Shown: positions 12,564 through 25,571, numbered from the stretch's first letter. The stretch: 64,000 nucleotides of DNA from Reclinomonas americana ATCC 50394 (GCA_048213135.1 PS015421.1:1-64000), one strand, 5' to 3'. Numbers and translations: made by a program. The notes: generated from the letters alone by a model not told the origin.

Positions 12564-13474
12564 ATGAGTGCTGCAACGGTGGCCCGCAATGTTCTTTTGC
12601 TCAGCTCGGGCATGTTGTTGCGCAATCGTTGTTATGATTCTGATGCAGAAAGAATAAGTTTCTCACAACGGTCGTCTTGTCACTGTTGCCAGTGGCCTGA
12701 GTGGCCTTCATCATCTCCTGTTCCCCACCTCGGCGGCAAGCGTGCTGCTCGGTGCGTGCGCGCGTGTGTGTGCGTGTGAGTATGTGTGCACGCAGAAGAG
12801 AAGCTCGAACGGGAGAATATCAGGCAGTTTCTGCGCTGACGTCCGCGCGCGCGCGTGCGTGCGTGCTGTCGTTGCTGAACCTGTGCAATGTGTCTGTTGT
12901 GCCATAGGTGTCCCCAACCCCTCAGTGGAGCTCCGCACAGTGCTGCAGGTGCGTGTCAGTCGTTGAGGGTTCTTTCTGTTTTGTGGGATCTATTCTTTTA
13001 TGTCCGTGGGGGATACAAGCTCCTCACGACCTAATTCCAACCACATTCCTGCAACTCCGCAGACTTCTGGATGCGCATTCCTGCTGCTGGCCGCCGTGCT
13101 GTTCTTGTTGCGTTCCGAGCGAGTGAGCGACACTTCATACACGGACAGAGAGGGAACGAGAGGGCGATGTGTACATATTCTTCGAGCCGCCCGATTTGTG
13201 TGTACGGCCTAAAATGCGCACGTCTGCACTCGACAGCTTGCCAATCACCAAGATGGCGCTGCGTGCCGCCGGTACCGGATTCATCCTCAGCGGCCTCGGC
13301 ATGCTGCTGACCTTCTACAACATGTCGGTGGTCAGCACCATCTGCTGGATCCAAACCGGCCTGCATCTCGGATTTGGCATTGTTCTCCTCACGAATCCGG
13401 GCATGCATCTCCCCGCAATGCCACGCCTCATTCAGGGCAACGGCATTCACCAACCGGAGAAGAAGAACGAGTGA
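12564..13474 (+). CDS. Small multi-pass membrane protein (about 4 TM), unknown family
   Basis: Five in-frame exons: MSAATVARNVLLLSSG|IGLSGLHHLLFPTSAASVLL|GVPNPSVELRTVLQ|TSGCAFLLLAAVLF|LPITKMALRAAGTGFILSGLGMLL...KKNE*. Confidence 0.55.
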
Positions 13475-13749
13475 CGGGGGTAAAACGGCAATCGGGAAAC
13501 GGTCGTGTGCGTGTGTGAGGGAAGGCCAGCGAGGTGAACAACAAGTGGGCGCGCGGGGAAAGTCAGTGTACAGCTGTACCCTGCAGGGCATTGGTCATTA
13601 TATACGTCTTTACACATGGGCTAGTTGCGTAACCAAAGGACAGCGGATACAGTGCGAAGAGTAGGGAACAAAAGGGTAGAGGGAGAGAGAAGAGAGACTG
13701 CGAAAGAGTGGCACAAACACAAGAAATCCATTACTCCACAGAGAAACCA

Positions 13750-14310
13750 TTATCGAACATGTGCGTGCGCAGTCCGAGATCTCGTCGAACGCGCCACGGC
13801 CGCGGAGTTAGTCGTAGTCAACGATGCGGCCATCGTCTTGCTCGCACATTCTGCGGCTGCGGTGTTGGCATGGGCGGTGGTGGACATCACCGATCGGTAG
13901 GGACATTGTTGCAAGGCGAGCAGCGACTGTTCGTACGGCAGTGGCGCAGGTAGTGTGCGATACACGGACTCGGCGCTGGACATGCGTGCAATGGCGCCCG
14001 CGTCGCCGCTATAGTACAGTTGCACGTCGGTCAAGTAGGCGCGCTGTTGTAACAAACAGAGCGGTGATCAGCCGCCGAAGCGCACAGAAAACTCGAGAAA
14101 CAGAATCTCAGCGGTTTCTCTCTTGTTCTCACTGCAGTGCGAGAGAGATACCGGAATGCATAATGGTGCCGAGGAAAGAATAAGAGAAGAAGAAGGGAAG
14201 GAAGGAGGGAGGGTGTGGGAAGGAGGAGAGCGCAAGAGCAGCAGCGCGTGTGTGTGATGGCTTTGCTGCATTAGGGTAAACAGGATTGGAACTGAAGAAT
14301 TGGACGCCAT
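13750..14310 (-). CDS. Possible small hypothetical gene
   Basis: Open frame 13750-14043 after a caacag acceptor. Upstream exon phases could not be reconciled. Confidence 0.2.
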
Positions 14311-15545
14311 TCGCCGACTCAACAGCCACACATCCCTTCCCTCTCACTCTCCCCGAGGGGGGCGAGGAGGAGGAGAGAGTGGGCATCAAGCGAGGCGATA
14401 AGAAGAGACAGGAGAGAGAGAGAGAGAGAAAAGAAAGAGAGAGAGTGTGTGTGACTGAGAATCGAATGTCGGGAAACACACACACACCAGTGACTGCAGG
14501 GCCTCGGTCACTCGCGGGTCGTCTTCGAGGCATGCCATCGCGTGTTCTTCTTGCTGATCAAAAGTCATGTGTGTGTGTGATGTTGTGGTGTGGTGGTCTC
14601 CTCTCCCGACTTGCTCAAAACAGAAAAAAATGGGAACAAATTCAGACAATAATTTGTCGTCGAACAAAATTTGACAGAAATCAACAGAAAAAGGCAACTG
14701 CCGACGAGTGTGAGTGTGAGGGTGTGAGGTTGCGGGTACGAAGGTGGGGGTCAGACCGAGTCGTGGCGAGAGAGAGAAAGAATAATTGATCAATCGTGCG
14801 ATAGTTGCCAAAAACGAGAATTGGCAAACTGTCGCGCTAATCTTTGTTGTTTCACTCCTCTCCCGAGATGCCAATGTTAAATCTCCATGCGGCGCCTGTG
14901 CAGTGCAATACATATGTCAAGCGAATGCGGAGTGCGGTGCCAGCGCACCGCGACGAATTCCAAGAGCACATTTTTGTGTGCGCGCAGTGGGTTGCAGCAC
15001 CCACCACTTGCGCGCTGTGCCACTTGGCGGACGCGGTCTGCCACACGGGGTTGAAGTCTCCCATTCCACTCGTCTCTGCTCATCCACTGCCTGGCACACT
15101 CTTCGAGCCGCATAGCATAAGATGTGCTATCGCGAAAGACCACCAATTCTGGGCAACGGTGGCGACGATGGGCAATCCTCGAGATCTCGGTATGTCGCAG
15201 CGCTAGCAAGCGAGCGTGCACCCACCAGGTGGACCAGACGCACCACCAAACGGCGCCGACAGATCCGCACAGCCACTACCAGCACACATTCTGCCACGCC
15301 ACATTATCACGCACATACTGCCGACCCCTGACACACAACTGCAACAACATTTTGTGCGGCGACACCGCACAACCGCAGATACTCCCTCCTCGCCCGCACC
15401 TAGTGGATTCAATTCTCTCTGCCTCAAGCGCCCTTTCCTCGCAATACCTTTCTCGGCAAGCAGACAACAAAGCGCACATCGCCCACCGCACAATTGAAAA
15501 GAATCGATATCGGCAAAGGGAAAAGGGGAGGCGAAGGGGTCCTCC

Positions 15546-16986
15546 TCACAGATCCCAGTCGCCCGACTCGTCGGTGTTGCGGATGGCACCACCTTCGTCG
15601 CCGTCGCCGCCGCCGCCCTCGAGTCCAGTTGGCGACATGGCCGGGTGTGAGACAGCGCGTGAGACGGCGGTCTCGGAGACCGTCATGGCCACCTGCGCGT
15701 CGGCACCGGTCAGGACCGCCTCGCGTCGCCGTCGCTCCTGCGAGATCTCCTCCAGAATGAACGCTGACGCCATGGACTTGCCCGAGATCTGCGCCAACAT
15801 ATCGCGCGCCCGCCGCGCCTCGCCCTCGGTCACACGCAGCAAGTGCTCCGATTGCGACACCACCAGCGCAATACGATCCAGCTGCTCATTCAATCGCCGC
15901 GCCGGCACCGTCACCTCCTTGTGCACGGCCTTGTGCAGATCGCTGGCCGAGTGCTCCAGATCGCGCAGTCGCGTACCGAGGTTGGCCGGCGCATTCAAAA
16001 TCTTCGGTCCGCGCTTCACCATAAACGTGGTCACGCTCTCGCGCACACGATTGCCGAGCTTCTGCAACCCGCGTGCCAGCGCGCTCTTCTTCTTCGGCTG
16101 CGGCGGTTCCTCTGCTGCTGTTGGTGTCTCAACGACCTGCGCATTCTCACCAGTCGGCTCCGCGACAGCAGCCGCAACAACGACAGGTGCAGCGGTCGGC
16201 GACGGCGCAGCAGTGGTGTTCTTGTTGCGCGAGAACAGATTGCTAAAGCCGGTCTTGAGCCGCGAGAACATGCCTCCTCCGCCACTGCTCTTCCCACTGC
16301 TGCTGCTGTTGGTGTTGGAGGCAGCGGCGGTCGGCGACTTTTTCTGACTCTCCTCCGAGGCCGCCACGGTCTCGCGTCTGCGCTCCTCCAGCAACCGCCG
16401 CTTATCGCCCATGGCATCGCCGGGGTACGGTGGAGGCGGTGCTCGCTGCTGCTGCTGCTGCTCAGGCTGTTGTCGCGCAGCTTCTCTCTCACGCTGTGCC
16501 TGCAACTGCGCGCGTGTTCTCGCCGCCATGGCATCCAGCTGCGCATCGCGCTCCACAATCGCCTCCAGACTGCTGCTGCTCGCCGACAGCTGCATCTCGC
16601 GCTCCTCGTCCTCCTCCTCTGTCGGCATCGACCCTGCCGTCCTCTCATCCTCCTCCATCTCCTCGTCCTCGTCATCGTCTTCCTCCTCGTCTTCCTCGTC
16701 ATCCTCGCCCATGACTGTGTGTGGAGAGAGTGAGTGGCGAGCGAGAGGAGAGTGTGTGTGTGACATACGCGCACCTACACGCGCTCGTGTGGGCAACACG
16801 GCCACTGCGGGTGGAGGCACCACAGCGCGAGGAGCAGGCGCCTGCATAAGAGTGTGTGTGAGAGAGCGTGTGTGTGTGTTAATAGACACTCTCTCACACG
16901 TGCATGTGCGCGCTCACCGCAAAGTAGTCATCCTCCTCCTCCTCGTCGTCCTCACCGTGCGTCACCACTCCCTTCTTACTGCTCAT
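15546..16986 (-). CDS. Hypothetical acidic/coiled-coil protein
   Basis: Exon 1 MSSKKGVVTHGEDDEEEEDDYFA|gtgagc, then a long GC-rich ORF with D/E tracts and helical segments. No domain recognised. Confidence 0.7.
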
Positions 16987-17057
16987 GTTTGCCTGTCAGA
17001 GAGTCACACTCACAGTCTGTCAAATCAACGAGCTCTCATTCTCTCTGTGTCTTTGTC

Positions 17058-17260
17058 ATGCGCGCCACTCTCCTCCTCCTCGTCCTGCTCATCGCTGCCA
17101 CTGTGCTCGTCGCACTGTGCGCAGAGGCCGCGCGTATGCCCATGCCAGGTAACGCGCACATTGTGTCTCTCTTTCTCACTCGTTTGACACTCTGACACAC
17201 ACACTGTGACACACAGGCGGCCAGTTCCCAGTGGGAGTTGCGTGCCTCTCATTAAGAGAA

Positions 17261-17299
<39 letters not shown>

Positions 17300-17767
17300 G
17301 CGCGAATCATCTTTTCTCACTCATTCCCTCTCTCGCATGTAGTCGGGCGACCTTGAGCGCGAAGACATTGTCGCTGCTGCGCAGGTACTGTCCTCTCTTG
17401 CTCTTCTCCTTCTTTGACTTCTCTGTCTTCACACGTGCGCATTCTCCGAACACAACAGGCCGCTGTCTCGCACATTTCCTCGACACAGAATCTGCGCGTG
17501 CAGCTCAGCCGTGTCACACGCGCGGCCACACAGGTTGTCGGTGAGTGGCCGCACTCAACTCACCTCTGCTTTCTCTTTGGCTTGTCACGCGCGCTCACCT
17601 CCTTCGCAGCCGGTCTGAACTATTACCTCACGGTGGAGCTCGACGAGCTTGGTGGCGCCGGCAACGCCAAGCGCACCTACGATGTCGTCGTCTATCGCGG
17701 CTTTGATCGCAAGTACTCGGTCTCGCGTGTCTCGGAGGTCCACGAGACCAGCTTCGGTTCCGAGTAA
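17058..17767 (+). CDS. Secreted cystatin (cysteine protease inhibitor)
   Basis: Signal peptide MRATLLLLVLLIAATVLVALCAEA, N-terminal PGG, QVV|AG motif followed by LNYYLTV. Five exons. Confidence 0.88.
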
Positions 17768-17865
17768 CTTCCCTGTTTCCTCCTTTCCCTCACACCCCGC
17801 CTGCCTGCCTGCCTGCTTCCTTGCCAGTGCGTTGTATAAAGAACGNNNNNNNNNNNNNNNNNNNN

Positions 17866-18476
17866 TGCGCCAGAAGCGCGAGGTGCACACGTTCCCCGCA
17901 CACTTCCCTGTCACGGCGGTGTCGTTCTCGGATGCGTCGGATCAGATCTTCTCCTCTGGCATCGACAATGTGGTGAAGGTGTGGGACGTGCGCAAGCAGG
18001 CGCAGCTAATGTCCATGGAGGGCCACGAGGACACCGTCACGGGCATGTCGTTGAGTCCGGACGGCTCGTACCTGCTCACCAACTCGATGGACAACACGGT
18101 GCGCATCTTTGACGTGAGACCCTTTGTCGCCGACGGCGTGCGCTGCGTGAAGGTGTTTTACGGAATTCAGGTGAGTGATGCGGATAAGGAGAGGAGTGAG
18201 GAGAGGAGAAAGGCTCATGTTTTGTGTGTCGCACAGCACGGTCTGGAGAAGAATCTGTTGCGATGTGCGTGGTCGTCGGATGGCACCAAGGTGGCCGCCG
18301 GCTCGGCCGACACGCCCTCACACGTGTTTGTGTGGGACACGGCCACACGCCGCGTGGTGTACAAGCTGCCGGGCCACGGCGGCAGCGTCAATTCAGTGCA
18401 CTTCCACCCCTCGGAGCCCATCATCGCCTCGGCCTCCTCCGACAAGACCATTTTCCTCGGCGAGTTGGAGCTCTGA
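17866..18476 (+). CDS. SNRNP40: U5 snRNP 40-kDa WD40 protein, C-terminal half (inverted contig)
   Basis: DQIFSSGIDNVVKVWDVRK...GHEDTVTGMSLSPDGSYLLTNSMDNTVRIFDVRPF...HGLEKNLLRCAWS...YKLPGHGGSVN..FHPSEPIIASASSDKTIFLGEL*. Confidence 0.93.
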
Positions 18477-18971
18477 AAACCCCCCACTACGAAAAAAAGA
18501 CAATGAACGGCGCGGTAATGGTGTGCATGGTGGTCATCATCCTTTTCCCCTTGNNNNNNNNNNNNNNNNNNNNNNNNNNNNNNNNNNNNNNNNNNNNNNN
18601 NNNNNNNNNNNNNNNNNNNNNNNNNNNNNNNNNNNNNNNNNNNNNNNNNNNNNNNNNNNNNNNNNNNNNNNNNNNNNNNNNNNNNNNNNNNNNNNNNNNN
18701 NNNNNNNNNNNNNNNNNNNNNNNNNNNNNNNNNNNNNNNNNNNNNNNNNNNNNNNNNNNNNNNNNNNNNNNNNNNNNNNNNNNNNNNNNNNNNNNNNNNN
18801 NNNNNNNNNNNNNNNNNNNNNNNNNNNNNNNNNNNNNNNNNNNNNNNNNNNNNNNNNNNNNNNNNNNNNNNNNNNNNNNNNNNNNNNNNNNNNNNNNNNN
18901 NNNNNNNNNNNNNNNNNNNNNNNNNNNNNNNNNNNNNNNNNNNNNNNNNNNNNNNNNNNNNNNNNNNNNNN

Positions 18972-20999
18972 NGATCCCATAGCTGCGGCGGTGCGGGGTG
19001 AGGAGGAAGAGGAGGAGGAGGAGGGAGGGGGGGGGGGGGAAGGATGAAGAAAGAAACGCAACTCGCACAGTGTCGTCGTCGCTGCCGGAGCACACCAACT
19101 GCGGTCCTCTGCGTGCGGGATGGCACGAATTTACCAGTGCCGAGTGCCCGCGCAGAGTCTTGATCTTTTCGCCGTACTCGGCGTCCCACACCGCCACCAT
19201 TGTGTCGACCGACGACGTAAACAGGCGACTGCGAGTGGATTGTGAGGGGGTTTTGAAAGGGAGAGCATGGGAGACTGCAGCGACGCAACGTTCCGTCCGT
19301 GGACCAGTGCAAGTCGGTGACCGAGTGCTTGTGACCCTCCAACAAGCAGTAGTTCTTGCAGTCCTCGTACACGTGCCACAGGACTGCCAAAAAACAACGA
19401 GGGGATGTGAGAGCGATGCAAACAACAAGTGAGCAGTGCGGCGCCACGCAACAGATTTGCTTGTCGAACGCGCCCGATGCCAGGTGATTGCCGTCCGGTG
19501 AGAATGCCACGCAGTTGACGGCCGCCTGTGGAGNNNNNNNNNNNNNNNNNNNNNNNNNNNNNNNNNNNNNNNNNNNNNNNNNNNNNNNNNNNNNNNNNNN
19601 NNNNNNNNNNNNNNNNNNNNNNNNNNNNNNNNNNNNNNNNNNNNNNNNNNNNNNNNNNNNNNNNNNNNNNNNNNNNNNNNNNNNNNNNNNNNNNNNNNNN
19701 NNNNNNNNNNNNNNNNNNNNNNNNNNNNNNNNNNNNNNNNNNNNNNNNNNNNNNNNNNNNNNNNNNCGAGGGAGTAAGAAGGAGAAGGGGAGGGGGAGGG
19801 GGAGAGGGAGGGAGAGGGAGGGGGAGAGGGAGAGGGAGAAAGCAAGCAATAAAGGAGAACGCTGTCGCGCAAGATATGCAGAATTCAACGCCAGTTGAGT
19901 ACGCAAGAGAACAAGAAAGAGCGAGAGAGAGAGGAAGCAACAGAGAAGAACGCCGTCGCCCAAGCATGTATGCAAGAATCCAAGAGAGACATAAGTCAGA
20001 GAAGGAGAGAGCAACAAGCGAAGAATGCAGTCGCCCAAGACATGCACGATGTAACGCCAGTCGTACACGCAAGTGAGCAAGAGCAAGAGAGAAGACAGAG
20101 AGGAAGCAACAGAGAAGAACGCCGTTACCCACGCACGCATGCACAAGAACCCAAGAGAGAGATAAGTCAGTGAACGAGAGAGCAAGTGACAGAGAGGAAC
20201 GTCATCGCCAAGGAGATGCGCCATGCACTGCACGCACGAGTGCAAGTGCAGAACAAGCAAGAGAGAGAGAGAAAGAAAGGAAAAAGAAGCAACAGAGAAG
20301 AACGCCGTCGCCCAAGCATGCATGCAAGAAGCCGAGAGAGCGATAAGTCAGTGAAAGAGAGAGAGAGAGAGAGAGAGAGAGCAAGCGACAGAGAAGATCG
20401 TCACCGCCGAGGAGGTGCACCGTGCATGAGAGCAAGAGAACAAGAAAGAGAGAGAGAGGAAGCGATCAACCACACTGCAGTCGTCCAACGTGCATGCACA
20501 AATCGCATTCCCCTTCCTCCCCTTCTCCTCTTCCCCTTCTCACTCTCTCCGCCCGTGCACGCAACTCCATGCCCCTCCAGTCGCATGTTTGGCGCCTGCA
20601 GACCGCTGGTGCGCTTGGGACCCTGCGCGCGATCCATCACAAATGAGACTCTCTCATTCATCACTTTTCTCTCTCACACACACGCACACACGCATAAGAC
20701 AGTGCACAGACGCAGAGCGACAGGCAAACCGTTGAGAGAGAGAGCGCGCACAACAGACATCAGCAAGTCATGTGCAACCCACACACGCACGCACGCACAC
20801 GAGCGCGCGCTCTCCCTCTCTCTCATCGCTCTTCTCTAGCCTTTCCCTTCCCCCCTCTCCCTCGCTCTCTCACCAGCGAGACAAGTGCCTGCGTTGAGTT
20901 TGCCGAGGCCGATGAGGAGGCAAGCACCAGTGCGCCACCACTTCGTTGCCGCTTCACATCCAGACCGCCCTCTGCCTCGCCATCAGCCGCGCGCTTCAT
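18972..20999 (-). CDS. SNRNP40: U5 snRNP 40-kDa WD40 protein, N-terminal half
   Basis: GPKRTSGLQAPNMRLEGHG, FSPDGNHLASGAFDKQIFLWHVYEDCKNY, VNSCHPARRGPQLVCSGSDDDTVR|LWD. Confidence 0.93.
19840..20490. repeat. Degenerate tandem array in a SNRNP40 intron
   Basis: [27 protein letters not shown] recurs at about 19936, 20105 and 20288, with weaker half-period copies. Confidence 0.8.
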
Positions 21000-21230
21000 C
21001 TTAATCAAGAGTACGATAGTCACAGCGATCGATCAATGGACATCNNNNNNNNNNNNNNNNNNNNNNNNNNNNNNNNNNNNNNNNNNNNNNNNNNNNNNNN
21101 NNNNNNNNNNNNNNNNNNNNNNNNNNNNNNNNNNNNNNNNNNNNNNNNNNNNNNNNNNNNNNNNNNNNNNNNNNNNNNNNNNNNNNNNNNNNNNNNNNNN
21201 NNNNNNNNNNNNNNNNNNNNNNNNNNNNNC

Positions 21231-21349
21231 CTTGCGCACATGCGGAGGAACGTACTTGCGCGGGCCGTCGCCCGCGCTCACGCCATTGGAGTGGGAAGAA
21301 GTGGTGTTGGTCTGGTCCGACCCAGAAGCCGTCTGGGTCACACCGTTGC
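21231..21349 (-). CDS. Orphan exon with YVPPHxR motif (DDX3/Ded1-like N-terminus?)
   Basis: ccacag|GNGVTQTASGSDQTNTTSSHSNGVSAGDGPRKYVPPHVRK, truncated by a gap. No helicase core in the window. Confidence 0.4.
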
Positions 21350-22265
21350 CTGTGGAAAAGAGGTGAGAGAGTGGTGAGGAGGAGGATGGAGGAGGAGGAG
21401 GAGGGGAGAGAGGAGGGGAGTGTGCGAGGTTCTATAACGGGACACTCGGGGCGGTTTGAATGGCGCGAATCCCTATGTGCCAAGAGGATATTCTCACATC
21501 GCCCCCGCTTCCTTTCAATCAGAGAAAAACGAAAGGAGAGTGGCGAATTGTGACTACAGAGAGGCGGAGGGGGGAGGGAGAGGGAGAGAGGGAAACAGAG
21601 TGTGGGTGGGCATGGAAATGCACGCGCGCGCGCGCGTACAAGACAACAACTCGACCGACAACAGCGATTGGTGGAGGAGGGAATCGAAAAGGAAGGAATC
21701 CCATGTGTGGAACAAGTGACAACACAAGGAGAGTGAGAGAGGGGAAAGAGAGCGTGAGTGTGGGGTTTGCGCATGTGCAGATGTCCAACGGTTTCCATAA
21801 CGGTCGACAACGGTGCGAGAGGAGAGTGCGTGGCGAGTGGAGTGGCTAGTGTGTGGAGGGTAGGGTACGAACCATTGTGGGGATTAACGCTCATATATCA
21901 GGAAAAAGGGTTGAAAAGGCGGGCCGATCCGTTGGTCGGCGTCGCACGGGACAGGGTCTACTTTCTGACGAGTCGCGAAGTTCAACAACGCAAGAACAAT
22001 AACAACTTTCTATTCCAAACTGTAACACAGCTGCATGATGATCACCATCTTGAGTGATAAGCGTGGTTGAACAGTGGATTTGACGCACTTGCATTGACGC
22101 ACACAAACCAGATGAGGATGGGGAAGAGGCGCTACGTGCGCTGCAGAGTGGGTGGCATGCAGGAGGGCGTTCTCATAGTATGCGTCGGCATACAGCGAGT
22201 CGGCAGCCATCGCGGCGGCGGACGTGCAAGTCACGAGTTCGCAGGACAAACTTCTCTACAGAGAG

Positions 22266-22895
22266 ATGGGACAGATGGGAGACCGCGCGGGTGCCTTGGA
22301 AGAAGCCATCCGGTGCCCGATCTGCTATGATTCATTCGACATTGAGGAGCACAGGCCGATGGTGGTGCCGTGCGGCAACGGCCACGCTATGTTCCGTTCA
22401 CACTATCCCCTTCGTATACGTTGTTTCACTCCCTCGCTCATATCTTTCCTCCTTCTGTCCCTCCCTCAGTTGCCTCGCCTGTGTGCAAGTGTATCGCGCG
22501 CAAGAGTGTCCAGTGTGTCGCGGAGAATTTCGCCCTCGCGCTCTTCCTTGTGATGCTCCCGCGCCTCCTCATCATCCGTATGAGGAGGACATTCATCTGC
22601 GTGGTGTTTTGGAGGTGCTTCCGCGTGGTGCTGCCGCCGCAAGTGGGGAGCAAGGTGCTGCCCTCCCCGAGGTGCCGTTTGCCGAGTTGACTCTTCTCAG
22701 CGAACTTGGTCGCGGAACGAGTGCCGTGGTGCATCGTGTGCGCTGGCAATTGTCAGATGCCTTTGCGCTCAAAGTCTTCCGTTGTGCAAGTGCGGCGGCG
22801 CGACTGGAGGTGTCGGAGGCGGTTCGGAAGGAGGCGGCGGTTGCCATGCGTGTTCGGTGCGTTCCGTCATTGCAAATCTCATTGAGTGCGAGTGG

Positions 22896-22929
<34 letters not shown>

Positions 22930-24863
22930 TGTGTGTGTGTGTGTCTGAGTGCGTGTGAGAGAGATAGTAAGCGGAATGAGAGACTGGAGAATGAGGGAAA
23001 GGAATGCATGTGGAAAAGATACAGGTTCCACGATTTCTCTTACACTCCATGCGCTGTTTGTTTCTCCTCTCTTATTTTCTCTTCAATCTTTCTTCTTTCC
23101 CTCTCTCTTTTTCCTCCACTTACTATGCTATTGGTGCATATGCATTCCGTACACATTCACCAATCGGTTATCATGCTTTCCTTCGTGATTTCCTCTCCGT
23201 CGCTTTCCGCACTTTCACTCACGTTGTGGATTATCTGCTCCTTTTACTCAGTCACCCGAATGTGATTGGCGTTTACGGCATTGTGCCAGACGCTCCCGAT
23301 GGTCCAGGGTACATCATGGACTTCAGCGTGGGCGGTTCATTGTCGGATCTGTTGTTTGTACGCTGTGAGAATCTCACCAATGTGGAGGCGAGTCTCTTGT
23401 GTGTTCTCGAAGCGAGCATTCGCTTACAAGTTGATGTTAATACTCACTGACATCTCCATGGTAGCGTCTCGATATGTGTATCGATGTTTTGCGAGGCCTG
23501 GTGAACTTGCATCGCCATCGAGTCGCTCATCGAGATCTCAAACCGGAGAATGTGCTGCTGGACGCGCGACGCGTGCCTCGATTGGCGGACTTTGGCCTCG
23601 CTGATACGGCGTCGACCGCTTCGCGACTGACGGGTGCTGTGGGAACACCGATGTAAGCAAGCTTCTGTCGGTATCGGGTTGTCGCTTTTGCCTTTCACGT
23701 TTACCCGACGTCTGTCTCCCTGGCGTGGTGTTCTCCAGGTATATGGCACCAGAAGTATTGAATGCGGAGGTGAGGGAGCGAAGATGGGAAGAGCCGTTGA
23801 AGGTGCACTTTCAATGTCGCTTGTCTGAATGTGTGATCTGCTGCAGCCATACGACTTGTCTTGTGACGTGTACTCGATGGCGATGATCATCTGGGTGGTG
23901 TTTGCCAGCGAGCTGCCGTTCTCAGGGCTCGCACCGTTGCAGGCAAGTGCTGACAGACTTGGCAACTGTAGTGTACCCATAGCAAGTTGACAAATATACT
24001 CTCAGATACTGCGGCGCATCGACCGGGGGGAACGTCCGCCTGTGGAATCGATCCCTGCTGAGCTTCGTGATATTGTTGCTCGTTGTTGGGTCTGCGGAGT
24101 ATGACTTCATTGATGCACTTTGGGGTGTATCTCATTGGCTGTGTTCATGCAGACAACGACGCCGGCAGATCGTCCATCAAGCGTGGATGTTCTCGCTGGC
24201 CTCCTACAAGTCCGTCAGCTCTGGGTGCAGGAAGCAGGTGCGCAGTTGGAGGTGGGCGAGCGTGTGGCGGTAGCCGCGCGTGCGGGTAACCAGCGTCGCC
24301 TGCGGGCAAGTGGGGATGTGATTGCCAGTCTTCTTCATGTTCGCCCGCTTTGGGAACAGGAGCCAGATGTGCAGCATGAGGACCATGAGCGTGTGGCAAC
24401 AGCTGCACGTGCAGATGAGCAGCTACGCTTTCAACAGCAACAATTGCGCATGCGAGAGGAGGCGGCCTCTCAAGCGGAGCAGCAACTCCGTATGCGAGAA
24501 GTGGAACTGCAACGACGCGAGGAGCGGTTGGCCGCAGAAGCCGCTGAGCGATCGAGACTTGCGCGCGAAGCGGACACCTTGCGCCGACGGCAAGAGGCGG
24601 ATGCACTGCGTCAACGGCAACAGGCCTCCGCTCGCGCTCAACAACAGCAGGCTTCCGCTCGCGCTCAACAACCGCAGGCTTCCGCTCGCGCTCAGAAACC
24701 GCAGGCTTCCGCTCGCGCCCAGCAACCGCAGGCTTCCGCTCGCGCTCAGCAATCGCAGGCTGCCGCTCGCGCTCAACAACAGCTCCGCCCGGATGCGCAA
24801 GATCAAGATCGCACTACTGATAGTCGTTTGGAAATGCTACGGAGAATCCGGATATTTTATTAA
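22266..24863 (+). CDS. RING-HC finger + TKL-type Ser/Thr kinase + coiled-coil tail
   Basis: CPIC...PCGNGHAICLAC...[46 protein letters not shown]...RPS. Confidence 0.9.
24618..24779 (+). repeat. Coding 27-nt tandem repeat x6 (xQASARAQQ)
   Basis: Direct repeats of ccgcaggcttccgctcgcgctcagcaa-like units in the kinase tail. Confidence 0.9.
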
Positions 24864-25571
24864 ATCGGTGGGGTTCAGGTCGTGGTTCCGGATGCACCGG
24901 TTATGCCACCCACGTGTCGCGCAAGTTGCAAGCGAGACTGAGGCAGATGATTTAGGACACATGCGGTGGACAACTAGAGCGGGATTGGTGAATGCGTGAC
25001 AGGCGAGTGAGAGAGGCGCATCGATGTGAGCTGAAGTGCAAGAGGACAGTAAGAGTAGTGGGTCTTTGAGGATGAGTCTAAGAAGGTGAGGGTGGATGTA
25101 GGGATAGGGATGATGCGAGTGGGATTAAATTGGAGAATGATTGGGGGAGGGGGAGATGGATCCGGAGAGACAGACTTGATTGTACATGTATGTTTTCACG
25201 CTGCGGTTTTTCACATTTTCTCGGATAGAACGCGGCGATGAGCTTGTTGATTCTCCTCGTGAACTTGCCTCCCGTTGTGACATTGTCGTCAACTCTCGTT
25301 ACTTTGGTCGCTCGCGGTGCTGCTCTCTCTGATGTTGTGCTTGGCGAGAAGTTCGCGTTCTGCTTGGGTTGTCTGGCCAGACAGCTCATCGCTGTTACAT
25401 TTTGCAGGGCCTGTTGAATTGAGCGCGCGCGGGCTTTATTCATGAAGACTGGTGTTTGTGTTGATGTTTTGGATATGGTTGGACCTGGTCACCTGTTGCT
25501 TTTTTGTTGGTGAATGAGTTTATTAATTAAACACCCTTTGTCTGTTTGTACACCATACAACAATTCACCCG

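Noticed and set aside
13119-13236. GC donor GA|gcgagt
   Set aside because: An in-phase GTTGCGT donor at 13107 explains the splice equally well.
14868-15206. ORF with HIF...PTTCALC resembling a C1 domain
   Set aside because: The remaining Cys/His ligands are not correctly spaced, and there is no other support.
7150-21000. Ciliate-like gene scrambling or trans-splicing
   Set aside because: Every strand switch coincides with an N-gap and segment order is preserved, so mis-orientation is simpler.
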